From NCBI GenBank assembly GCA_965242865.1, contig CBDETK010000013.1, forward strand, positions 1,408,001 through 1,472,000: a stretch of 64,000 bases of DNA, written 5' to 3'. A model generated the notes under the pieces. That model ran no database searches. It saw nothing but the letters and a program-made list of their open reading frames with translations, and was not told the origin of the DNA. Positions 49,858 to 58,705 of this stretch are shown piece after piece. Source of the DNA: Candidatus Latescibacterota bacterium. Its GTDB lineage: Bacteria > Latescibacterota > UBA2968 > UBA8231. The position numbers and the translations under genes were made by a program. Every line of letters starts with the position of its first letter. The first letter of the stretch is position 1.

Positions 49858-50829
49858 CTACTCGGCTTGGTCTAACAGAGGTCTAAAGGCTTCAAGGCTG
49901 GAGACCTGTATGGCCGCCCGATGCAACTGCTTGAGACGCTGCACATCGTCGATGGCCCCAATGCGGGCGGCCAACGGATCCGACGCCGCCAGCCCAAAGC
50001 GAATCGCTAGCACCTCGAGCAGATCTTCAACGGCGCGTTCTCGGCCGCCTTGCTCGATGCCTTGCTCGATGCCCTGCTCGATGCCCTGCTCGATGCCCTG
50101 CTCAATGCCCTGCTCGATGCCCTGCTCAATGCCCTGCTTGATGCCCTGCTCAATGCCCTTTTCCGTGAAATACTGCACTACCGACGACTCGTACATGGTC
50201 TCCTCCGCGATGATGGTCGTAATCGTGTCTAAGTTATACACCAACCCGCTCAATATCGCAAGATTGGCCAAGTAATTGGCCTGGCGGGATTCGTCTAGCG
50301 GCACCTGTTGTGCCCGGTTGACACACTGGCGCAACCACCCCTCGGCATCTATCCCCGCGGGCGGCTGCATCAACGGCGCAAACGGCAGTAAGCCCGAAGG
50401 CCCCTCCTCAAGTATGCGTTGGCCATCGAGCTCAATCAGCCGACTCACCTTGTATTGCACCAACACGCGGTAGCCGGGTCGCTCTTGGAGATAATACCCC
50501 GGATCGTGCCGGCCGGCGTCCGGGCGCAAGTAGATGACGTTGGAGTAGATCGGGCACTTGTGCTGCTCAATGCCGCGTCCGATATAGCCGACCATGCGGA
50601 GGGGCATGGGCGGTTTGCTGTCGGTGGTTTGAAACTCGTGATGGACCAACGCCTCGATGCCATCGACATGGACGCGAATGAGGCTATCGGTGCGATGGGT
50701 TTCGACGGTGGTTTGCTCGGTCTCGACGACGCCGCGGACTTGGATGTCGTCCTGTTGAAGGGCGAATCGGGCGAAGTCCGTTGGGTAGGCGTGGATGAGA
50801 TGCTTGGCGATGGTGTCGAATTCGGCCAT
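49858..50829 (-). CDS. Rpn family PD-(D/E)xK recombination-promoting nuclease
   Basis: FD...K.L, RTDSL, HHEFQT, MPLRM..Y, VIYL; (GIEQ)n repeat and DUF4351-like tail. Confidence 0.85.
   Translation of the reverse strand: MAEFDTIAKHLIHAYPTDFARFALQQDDIQVRGVVETEQTTVETHRTDSLIRVHVDGIEALVHHEFQTTDSKPPMPLRMVGYIGRGIEQHKCPIYSNVIYLRPDAGRHDPGYYLQERPGYRVLVQYKVSRLIELDGQRILEEGPSGLLPFAPLMQPPAGIDAEGWLRQCVNRAQQVPLDESRQANYLANLAILSGLVYNLDTITTIIAEETMYESSVVQYFTEKGIEQGIKQGIEQGIEQGIEQGIEQGIEQGIEQGIEQGGRERAVEDLLEVLAIRFGLAASDPLAARIGAIDDVQRLKQLHRAAIQVSSLEAFRPLLDQAE
50050..50157 (-). repeat. 12-bp tandem repeat, (GIEQ)x9
   Basis: Nine GGCAT(C/T)(G/A)AGCA(G/A) units inside the Rpn gene. Confidence 0.9.
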
Positions 50830-51049
50830 GGGTTTTGCCTTGGTTGCGGGTGGGGTGGTATCCGCAATAAGGCAAAAATCGTGCCATGGCGTCGGCTCAG
50901 AGGGGCGGCTTGGGATCGGCGGCGTTGGAGTGTAGCGAAAAGGGTACAGGCGTGGGACGTTGGGGACAAAAGCGGCGTACCGACATGGTCAACGGTGATC
51001 TGGTTGTGATTTGCATGGCATGTCGATGAGTTCCACTTGCCGCTAGTCG

Positions 51050-52117
51050 CTACTTCTGTGCAACCCTCATAAAACGTCTCACCTGTTCAGATGGGTTTGC
51101 GTAGTCAGACTCAAACGGGTCAGCGTCGTCGAACTGGGGGTTGATGACGATAGCCCCTTTGGTGTCAATAAAGCCCCACCTGTCGCCGATCTTTACATAC
51201 GCCAAGCCCTCCGAAAAATTCCCAGCGTCGTCGAACTGTGGGTTAATGACGATGGCCCCTTTGGTGTCAATAAAGCCCCACTTGTCGCTGACCTTTATAT
51301 ACGCCAAGCCTTCCGAAAAATTCCCAACGTCGTCGAACTGCGGGTTGATGACGATGGCCCCTTTCGTGTCAATGAATCCCCACTTGTCGCCGATCTTTAC
51401 ATTCGCCAAGCCTTCCGAAAACAACCAAGCGTCGTCGAATTGGGGGTTAATGACGATGGCCCCTTTCGTGTCAATAAACCCCACCTTCTCTCCGATCTTT
51501 ATACGCGCTAAGCCTTCCGAAAACCACCACCAAGCGTCATCGAACTGCGGGTTGATGACGATGGCCCCTTTCGTGTCAATAAAGCCCACCTTCTCTCCGA
51601 TCTTTACACGCGCCAACCCTTCCGAAAACCACCACCCAACGTCGTCGAACTGCGGGTTGATGACGTAGCGTCCTTTAGCGTCGATAAATCCATACTTGTC
51701 GCCGATCTTTACACGCGCTAAGCCCTCCGAAAACCACCAAGCGTGGTCGAATTGGGGGTTAATGACGATCTCCCCTTTCGTGTCAATGAATCCCCACTTC
51801 TCTCCGATCTTTACGCGCGCCAACCCTTCCGAAAACCACCAAGGGCCATCGAATTGAGGGGTAATGACGATCTCCCCTTTGGTGTCAATGAATCCATACT
51901 TGTCGCCGACCTTTATACGCGCCAACCCTTCCGAAAACCAGAGAGCGTCGTCGAACTGCGGGTTAATGACGTAGCGTCCTTTCGTGTTAATGAACCCGTA
52001 CCTATCGCCGATCTTTACGCGCGCCAATTTTTCAGGTTCAACTCGTTCGACTTCTTCAGAGTTAGAATGCGAAACAAGCAGGGTCAAGCACATCAGAGCG
52101 CATAGTATGGAGCGCAT
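51050..52117 (-). CDS. Secreted WG-repeat (KWG) beta-propeller protein
   Basis: Nine K(W/Y/V)GFIDTKG..VINPQFD...FSEGLA.VK repeats; signal peptide. Confidence 0.9.
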   Translation of the reverse strand: MRSILCALMCLTLLVSHSNSEEVERVEPEKLARVKIGDRYGFINTKGRYVINPQFDDALWFSEGLARIKVGDKYGFIDTKGEIVITPQFDGPWWFSEGLARVKIGEKWGFIDTKGEIVINPQFDHAWWFSEGLARVKIGDKYGFIDAKGRYVINPQFDDVGWWFSEGLARVKIGEKVGFIDTKGAIVINPQFDDAWWWFSEGLARIKIGEKVGFIDTKGAIVINPQFDDAWLFSEGLANVKIGDKWGFIDTKGAIVINPQFDDVGNFSEGLAYIKVSDKWGFIDTKGAIVINPQFDDAGNFSEGLAYVKIGDRWGFIDTKGAIVINPQFDDADPFESDYANPSEQVRRFMRVAQK

Positions 52118-52238
52118 GGTCGTATCCTTCTCGTTTGGGTTTAGAGTATCTTGCGTAGCAAGTTAGATTACGGCTGATTGCGTAGCAAGTCCGGTTGGTC
52201 CCCTCCCTCGCCTTCGATACCCACGCCCCCCGCCCAAT

Positions 52239-53021
52239 TCACTCCGGCCCCCCCGTCCAGCGTCTGAGCAAGAAGGAGCTCAAGCTGCCCACGGCCGTAA
52301 ACAGCCCCAAGCCGAGCAATGTGCAAAACAAAATGCAGGCGAACAGGTAGTCGGTTTTGGCTTGGCCGTTGGTGAGGATGATCAAGTAGCCGAGGCCAAA
52401 GTCTTTGGTGCCGTAGCCGGCGAAAAACTCGCCGACAATCGCGCCGATGACCGACAGGCCACTGGAGATGCGAGCACCGACGAGCATCTGGGGCACGGCA
52501 CCCGGGACGCGCAGCTTGAACAGCACCTGCCAGCGGCTGGCCTTGTTGAGCGCGAAGAAATCGAGGATGTGGGAATCGACGCGGGTCAGGCCGTCGGTGG
52601 TATTGGCGATGATCGGGAAGAGGGCGATGATGAAGGAGACCGCCACCACGCCTTGCAGACCGTAGCCGATCCACAGGATGATCAGGGGCGCGATGGCCAC
52701 GATGGGCATGGTTTGCAAGAAGATCGCGTACGGGTAGAGGCTGCGCTCGATGAGGCGCGACTGAGAAAACAGCAGGGCTACCAAGAAGCCAACGGCAAAG
52801 CTGAGGACAAAGCCCAAGAGCGCGCCCAAAGCCGTCAGCAGAGTAGCCGACAGCAGGCGCGGCAAGTTGTCGGCGACGGCTTGGGCCACGCGCCAGGGGC
52901 CGGGCAGCAGGAAAGGCTCGATCGCCAAGAGCGAGACCGCGCCTTGCCAAACGCACAGGACCAAGGCAAAAAACAGCAGCGGCGGCAGGGCGTTGGCCGC
53001 GAGGGAGCGCAGGGGTTTCAC
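52239..53021 (-). CDS. ABC transporter permease (NitT/TauT type)
   Basis: FLLPGP, QTMPIVAIAPL, ASRWQVLFKLRVP, GAIVGEF. Confidence 0.9.
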   Translation of the reverse strand: MKPLRSLAANALPPLLFFALVLCVWQGAVSLLAIEPFLLPGPWRVAQAVADNLPRLLSATLLTALGALLGFVLSFAVGFLVALLFSQSRLIERSLYPYAIFLQTMPIVAIAPLIILWIGYGLQGVVAVSFIIALFPIIANTTDGLTRVDSHILDFFALNKASRWQVLFKLRVPGAVPQMLVGARISSGLSVIGAIVGEFFAGYGTKDFGLGYLIILTNGQAKTDYLFACILFCTLLGLGLFTAVGSLSSFLLRRWTGGPE

Positions 53022-53758
53022 GGGTCGTCGGCGCGGGCGAGTTGGCGCGAAATCCCATTGACTAGGCGAATGAATTCAGGCGCGCTACGCAGGTACGGGG
53101 AGCGCGGATAGGGAAACGGAATGGGAATGTCGGCGAGGAGGCGACCGGGCCGCGCACTCAGCACGAGGACCCGCTGGCTGAGGAACACGGCTTCGGAGAC
53201 ATTGTGCGTGACAAAGAGGCCGGTCCAGCGGTCTTCCTGCCACAGGCGCGACAACTCCTCGTTGAGCCGCTGGCGGGTGATTTCGTCGAGCGCGCCAAAC
53301 GGCTCGTCGAGGAGCAGGATCTGGGGGCGGGTCACCAGCGCGCGGGCAATGGAGACCCGCATCCGCATGCCGCCGGAAAGCTGGGCCGGGTACGCCGCGG
53401 CAAAGTCGGTTAGGCCGACCAGATCTAGCGTCTGGGCGACGTGCGCGTCGTCGGCTTGGCGGCGCAGCTCCAGGGGGAGGGTAACGTTGCGCTCGACCGA
53501 GCGCCAAGGCAGCAAGGTGGCGTCTTGGAAGACGAAGGCGAGGCCGAGCGGGTCGTGGTCGCTGACGCGCAACTGGCCGCTGGTGGGCGCATCGAGCCCG
53601 GCCACGAGGCGGAGGAAGGTGGATTTGCCGCAGCCGGAAGGCCCGACGATGGAGACGAATTGACCGCGGCTAATTTCCAAATTGAGGTCGCGCAGGGCTT
53701 GCACCCCGGCGGGGAAGTGCTTGTCGAGCCCGGCGGCGACCACGAGCGGCGACTCCAT
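53018..53758 (-). CDS. ABC transporter ATP-binding protein (NitT/TauT type)
   Basis: GPSGCGKST, LSGGM, LLLDEPFGALD, VTH. Confidence 0.92.
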   Translation of the reverse strand: MESPLVVAAGLDKHFPAGVQALRDLNLEISRGQFVSIVGPSGCGKSTFLRLVAGLDAPTSGQLRVSDHDPLGLAFVFQDATLLPWRSVERNVTLPLELRRQADDAHVAQTLDLVGLTDFAAAYPAQLSGGMRMRVSIARALVTRPQILLLDEPFGALDEITRQRLNEELSRLWQEDRWTGLFVTHNVSEAVFLSQRVLVLSARPGRLLADIPIPFPYPRSPYLRSAPEFIRLVNGISRQLARADDP

Positions 53759-54679
53759 TTAGCCTCGGGGGTGATAGGTTTTGTGGACCTCTTTGAGATA
53801 GCTGAGGTCGAGGTGGGTGTAAATCTGGGTGGTGGAGATGTCGGCGTGCCCCAACAGCTCCTGCACGGCGCGGAGGTTCGCGCCGCCTTCCAACAGATGC
53901 GTGGCAAAGGAGTGGCGCAGGGTGTGGGGGCTGATCTCCTTGCCGATGTGGGCGCCGGCCGTTTTGATGATCTTCCACACGCTCATGCGCGAGAGCGAGC
54001 CGCCTTGGGCGTTGAGAAAGACGTGGTCGGTCGAGTCGGGGCGGGCGAGGTGGGGGCGGCCCTGCCGCAGGTAGCGTTTGAGCGTACGGATGTCTTTGGC
54101 TGCAATGGGGACGATGCGCGCCCGCCGGCCGCGGATGCGGACGAGGCCGCGCGCCAGCAGCAGGGCGGCCTGTTGCAGCGCGGTCAGCTCGGAGACCCGA
54201 ATCCCGGTGGCGTAGAGCACGGCGAGGATGGCCCGGTCGCGCTGGCCCAGCGGCTCGTCCGCGTCGGGTGCGGCGAGGAGGGCGGCGATTTCCTCGACCG
54301 CTAGCACATCGGGCAGGCGGCGTTCTAGCTTGGGCGGATCGAGGTGTTCGGCCGGATTGTGCGACGCTGTCCCTTGCACCAGTAAGTACTGGTGGAAACG
54401 CTTTATCGAGGTGAGGTTGCGGGCCATGGTGGAAGGGGTCAGGCCAGCGTCGCTCAGGGAGTGGAGCAAGTGGGCGATGTGCTGGTGCTCGACCGCTTCT
54501 ACGCGCTCGACGCCTTGGGCGGACAGGTGGTGTAGATAGCGGTTGAGGTCGCGGCGATAGGCGTCGAGGGTGTTGGCCGACAGCCCATTGTCGCGCTCCA
54601 TGGCTTGGAGGAAGCGCTCGCAGGGCGTGGCTAAGGCCGCGGGCAGCGGCTGCTCAGGCGTGGTTTTCGGGCGGGCCAT
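53759..54679 (-). CDS. xerD: Site-specific tyrosine recombinase XerD-like
   Basis: LSANTLDAYRRDL, RDRAIL..LYATGIRVSEL, HTLRHSFATHLLEGGANLR.VQELLGHADISTTQIYTH. Confidence 0.85.
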   Translation of the reverse strand: MARPKTTPEQPLPAALATPCERFLQAMERDNGLSANTLDAYRRDLNRYLHHLSAQGVERVEAVEHQHIAHLLHSLSDAGLTPSTMARNLTSIKRFHQYLLVQGTASHNPAEHLDPPKLERRLPDVLAVEEIAALLAAPDADEPLGQRDRAILAVLYATGIRVSELTALQQAALLLARGLVRIRGRRARIVPIAAKDIRTLKRYLRQGRPHLARPDSTDHVFLNAQGGSLSRMSVWKIIKTAGAHIGKEISPHTLRHSFATHLLEGGANLRAVQELLGHADISTTQIYTHLDLSYLKEVHKTYHPRG

Positions 54680-56492
54680 TGAGCTGGGCGAGCAAGGCGT
54701 CGGCCTGCTTGCGGCTGAAGCCGGGGAGGGCGGCGATTTGCTCGGCCGGCGCGGCCGCAATGCGCTTGACCGAGCCAAAGGCCACGAGCAGGGCCTTGCG
54801 CTTTTGCGGCCCAATGCCCGGGACGCGGTCCAACTTTGAGCTGAACGCGCTCTTGGCGCGTTGCTGGCGGTGGTTTTTGAGCGCGAAGCGGTGGGCCTCG
54901 TCGCGCAGCATCTGCAACAGGCGCAGGCTGGCCGAGGTCTTGGGCAGCAGCAGGGGCTCGCGCTGGCCCGGCAGAAAGACTTCTTCAAAGCGCTTGGCCA
55001 AGCCGACGACGGGTTGATCGGCCATCCCGAGCGCGTGCAGGGCGGCCACTGCGCTGGCGAGCTGGCCCGGGCCGCCGTCGATCAGCAGCAAGTCGGGCCG
55101 GGGCTCGTTGCGCTCGGCTAGGCCGCGGCCGCGGCGATAGACCACTTGGTAGATGGAAGCGTAGTCGTCGGGTTGGGCGAGGTCGCGGATTTTGAAGTAG
55201 CGGTACTGGCTGCGCTTGGCCCGGCCATCGACAAAGCAAACTACCGAGCCGACCGGGTGTTCGCCTTGGAAGGTGGAGATGTCAATGCCTTCGATGCGGC
55301 GGGGCGGCGCGGCTAGCTGTAAGTCGCGCTGGAGGGCATAGACCGATTGGGGGATGCGGTCGCGCTTCATCTCGCGCTTGTGCTGGCGTTCGGCGAGCAT
55401 TTGGGCGGCGTTTTTGGCGGCCATATCCAGCATCTGGGCCTTGGCCCCGCGCTGGGGGGTTGCCAACTCGACCTTGCCGCTGGCCTTTTGCGACAGCCAA
55501 GCGGCCATGGCGTCGGCGTCGGCTGGCTGGGCTGGCAGGTAAATCTCGGGCGGGACAAAGTCGCTTTGCAGATAGAATTGGCGCACAAAGGCCGAGAGGA
55601 TTTCCCCGTCGGCCGACTCCATGACCCCGCCGAGGAAGTGGTGCTTTTTGCCGAGCAGGCGGCCCTCGCGGATTTCGAGGACGCTGCAACAGGCTTCGTC
55701 GTCGCTGCGGGCCATGCCGAGGACGTCGCGGTCAACCGGGGCGTCGAGGACGACCTTCTGGCGGGCGCGCATGGATTCTAACGCTTGAATTTGGTCGCGG
55801 TAGCGGGCGGCTTTCTCGTAGCGCATGGCTTCGGCCGCCTCGGTCATGCGCTTTTGCAACTCGCGGGTCACTTCGGCGTTTTGGCCGCGCAAAAAGCGCA
55901 CGGCCCGCTCCACGGTTTTGCGGTAGTCGGAAGCCGAGACGAGGTTTTCGCAGGGGCCTTCGCAGCGCTTGATGTGGTATTCGAGGCACAGCGGCACCGT
56001 GTCGGAGGGCAGCTGGGCGTTGCAAGAGCGGATGGGGAAGACCTTGCGCAGCATGTCGAGGGTGGTGTGCATGGCGCGGACGTTGCTGTACGGGCCGAGG
56101 TAGCGCGAGCCGTCGCGGACCACGTCGCGGGTGGCGAAGATGCGGGGAAACGGCTCGGCGGTGATGCGGATATAGGGGTATTTCTTGTCGTCTTTGAGCA
56201 GGATGTTGTAGCGCGGTTTGTGGGTGTGGATTTGGGTGGCTTCGAGGATGAGGGCTTCCTGCTCGCTGCTCGTTACGATGTAGTCAATATCGGCGATGTT
56301 GCGGACTAGGGCCTTGAACTGACGCCGGCCATCGCCGCCCGAGGTGCGAAAGTACGAGCGCACCCGGTCGCGCAGGTTTTTGGCCTTGCCAATGTAGATT
56401 ATTTGCCCGTCGCGCCTTTTCATAATATAGACGCCGGATTCGGTGGGCAGGGCGTCGAGCTTGAGGCGCAAATCTTCGGAGAAGTCTTTCAT
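54654..56492 (-). CDS. uvrC: Excinuclease ABC subunit C
   Basis: GVY...IYIGKAKNLR.RV.SYF, RIEGIDIS, DDYA, LIDGG.GQ, RDEAHRFA, HhH GIGP. Confidence 0.97.
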   Translation of the reverse strand: MKDFSEDLRLKLDALPTESGVYIMKRRDGQIIYIGKAKNLRDRVRSYFRTSGGDGRRQFKALVRNIADIDYIVTSSEQEALILEATQIHTHKPRYNILLKDDKKYPYIRITAEPFPRIFATRDVVRDGSRYLGPYSNVRAMHTTLDMLRKVFPIRSCNAQLPSDTVPLCLEYHIKRCEGPCENLVSASDYRKTVERAVRFLRGQNAEVTRELQKRMTEAAEAMRYEKAARYRDQIQALESMRARQKVVLDAPVDRDVLGMARSDDEACCSVLEIREGRLLGKKHHFLGGVMESADGEILSAFVRQFYLQSDFVPPEIYLPAQPADADAMAAWLSQKASGKVELATPQRGAKAQMLDMAAKNAAQMLAERQHKREMKRDRIPQSVYALQRDLQLAAPPRRIEGIDISTFQGEHPVGSVVCFVDGRAKRSQYRYFKIRDLAQPDDYASIYQVVYRRGRGLAERNEPRPDLLLIDGGPGQLASAVAALHALGMADQPVVGLAKRFEEVFLPGQREPLLLPKTSASLRLLQMLRDEAHRFALKNHRQQRAKSAFSSKLDRVPGIGPQKRKALLVAFGSVKRIAAAPAEQIAALPGFSRKQADALLAQLNGPPENHA

Positions 56493-56580
56493 CAGAAGGG
56501 GATGCAGGTTGACATAAGGCCACGAGGATAGGCGTTTTGCGCGGCCGTGTCAAGACGGGCAAACGACGCGGGTTGGGCGA

Positions 56581-58368
56581 CTATTTGAGCAAGAGCAAGC
56601 GCCGGGTTTGCTCGCCGCCGGGATAGCGCAGACGCACGAGATAGACCCCCGCCGCCAAGGCCGCGCCTCGTTGGTCGCGGGCGTCCCAGCGGACTTGGTG
56701 CGATCCGACCGCTTGGAACTGATCCACCAGCGTCCGCACGAGGTGGCCCAAGGTGTTGTAGATTTTTAGCTGTACTGAACCGGAGGCGGCTAGGTGGTAG
56801 GCGATTTGGGTGCTGGCGTTGAAGGGGTTGGGGTAATTGGGCGATAGGCCGCTGGTGGCTGGCTGGGCGGATGTTAGCTCGGGAGACGCGACCGCCGTTA
56901 TGACTTCTCGATAGCCAGGATAGCCGGGTCCGGGATGCAGGCCGTATTCCTCGCCATCAATACGCGCCCATATTAGTTCATCGTCCGTCGTGCTGGGGAA
57001 GAGTGAACCCGTACTACGGGTTTTAATAATGCCGATACCGCGCTGAAAGGTCTGAGTGGTGCCCCCCTCGGGTCCCGGAACTCCAAACGATCGCTGATCT
57101 GGGGCAGGTTCGCCAACCTTCCGTACAATCAAGAGGCCATACAACAGTTCGTGGAATCGCTGATCTATGTCCCAAGTCGGCGAGTCTGGGTCTGGATACA
57201 ATTCAGGAATGACGCCATCGAAGTCGTAGATTAGGAAATCCTCTTGGTCGGGATCTAAATTTTTGGATAAAGAAGATTGTTGGTACTGTTGGTAGTACTG
57301 AGACTCTCGCAGTTCGGGATGCTCGTCTATGGCCTGTAAGAAGTCGCGCATTTGTTCTGAGAAGTACGAATTTTTCCGAAACCAGATATCGCCGCTCTCG
57401 TCCACGCGGAAAGGCCCTCCGAGCAACCCCATACTCCAGTACTGTTTCCCCTCAATGATCTGACTCTCCAATACATAGGCGGTGGTATCCACGCTAGGCG
57501 GGCCCCAGCTATGTGTATGAGACGCCATAATCCAGATATTGCCTTCGTGGACCGGGAAAAATGGGCCTGAGCTATCTTGGGGAAAGGGAATGGGCTCGGG
57601 GATGACTATGTCGAGCGGCACTCCCTTGAGAAGACGCATACCGGTAGTGTAGTCACTAGTCCCAGGGTCGGAATACATAGAGTAAGCCGACGACGTGATA
57701 AAAGCATCATAGGCGTAGCTTCCTCCTCGTAGTATGCGGTAGTGGCCCGATATGGGACCTGACGGATCTGTCTGCGGCGTGCCAGTGCCATCGTAGAAAC
57801 TATAATTATACCAGTCGTGTACCCACTCCTCAGTGTTTCCGTACATGTCAAACAGCCCCCAAGGATTGGGAAGTTTCGCGCCAACGGACTGAACTCCGGC
57901 ATCCTTGGCGTTGGCTTTGTACCACGCATAAGATGCCAGCAGGCTCTCGTCATCTCCAAAGAACCAGCGCGTCGTCGTGCCCGCCCGGCAGGCATACTCC
58001 CACTCAGCTTCGGTGGGCAGGCGATAGGCGTCCTCGCCAAAGTGGTCGTTTAGCCTTTGGGCAAAGGTCTGTGCATCGTACCAAGTAAGGCCGAAGGCAG
58101 GATGCCTGGGGCCTTGGTAGTTGCTCGGCGCAGACGACCACGGCGCAGTGCCCATGACCGCCTGCCATTGCTCTTGGGTGATCTCGTACTTGCCTAGGTA
58201 GAAGCCCTGAGAGATCGTCACTTCTCTCAGCGGCCATTCCATAGTGAAGCTGCCCGGTTCGATCCACACCATTTCTAGCGGCACTCCACTCGGCAACTCA
58301 ATGGTGGTTTCGTCGTTGGCTTGCCCCAGCGTTGCCGACAGGAAAATGAGCGCGATTACCCGTTTCAT
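56581..58368 (-). CDS. Secreted FGE-sulfatase (SUMF1/CLec-fold) domain protein with FlgD-like sorting tail
   Basis: FYLGKYEITQ.QW, YRLPTEAEWEYACRAG, PNPWGLFDMYGN..EW, RGGS; NYPNPFN tail. Confidence 0.85.
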   Translation of the reverse strand: MKRVIALIFLSATLGQANDETTIELPSGVPLEMVWIEPGSFTMEWPLREVTISQGFYLGKYEITQEQWQAVMGTAPWSSAPSNYQGPRHPAFGLTWYDAQTFAQRLNDHFGEDAYRLPTEAEWEYACRAGTTTRWFFGDDESLLASYAWYKANAKDAGVQSVGAKLPNPWGLFDMYGNTEEWVHDWYNYSFYDGTGTPQTDPSGPISGHYRILRGGSYAYDAFITSSAYSMYSDPGTSDYTTGMRLLKGVPLDIVIPEPIPFPQDSSGPFFPVHEGNIWIMASHTHSWGPPSVDTTAYVLESQIIEGKQYWSMGLLGGPFRVDESGDIWFRKNSYFSEQMRDFLQAIDEHPELRESQYYQQYQQSSLSKNLDPDQEDFLIYDFDGVIPELYPDPDSPTWDIDQRFHELLYGLLIVRKVGEPAPDQRSFGVPGPEGGTTQTFQRGIGIIKTRSTGSLFPSTTDDELIWARIDGEEYGLHPGPGYPGYREVITAVASPELTSAQPATSGLSPNYPNPFNASTQIAYHLAASGSVQLKIYNTLGHLVRTLVDQFQAVGSHQVRWDARDQRGAALAAGVYLVRLRYPGGEQTRRLLLLK

Positions 58369-58616
58369 CTAGGCCTCCTTGGAAAGGGGCGATCATTGGA
58401 ATTTACGTTCTCGCAATCGGCTTGGATCGCTTCAGCCATCTTGTCCAAATCTGCTCTATCTATTGTGCCAGCAAAGCGCAGTAGCGTCTTGCCGGGCACG
58501 CCTGTCATCTCGGACTTTGCTAACGAACGCACGAATTCCAGCACCTCTGCTTGTTGGCCTTTTTCCAATTTATGAATCTCGTCGAGAATCTCTTGTTTTA
58601 CAGACGTAGCTTCCAT
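58365..58616 (-). CDS. Small antitoxin-like protein (DUF2281-like), no toxin partner
   Basis: QQAEVLEFVRSL...GVPGKTLLRFAG.I...DL..M..AI...CE.V pattern, usually followed by a PIN toxin gene. Confidence 0.55.
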   Translation of the reverse strand: MEATSVKQEILDEIHKLEKGQQAEVLEFVRSLAKSEMTGVPGKTLLRFAGTIDRADLDKMAEAIQADCENVNSNDRPFPRRPR

Positions 58617-58705
58617 TTTTTGCCCTCCGCGTTCGCGAAAATAGTGTACAGCGTTATTAACGCTTTGGCGAACTTGCGTTCACAAGCTATGCCCTATACC
58701 GGCAC

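Noticed and set aside
53759-54679. Phage or integron integrase driving the cassette-like genes
   Set aside because: The sequence is XerD-like, in a housekeeping context after uvrC; I saw no integron-specific insertion, attC sites or phage genes.
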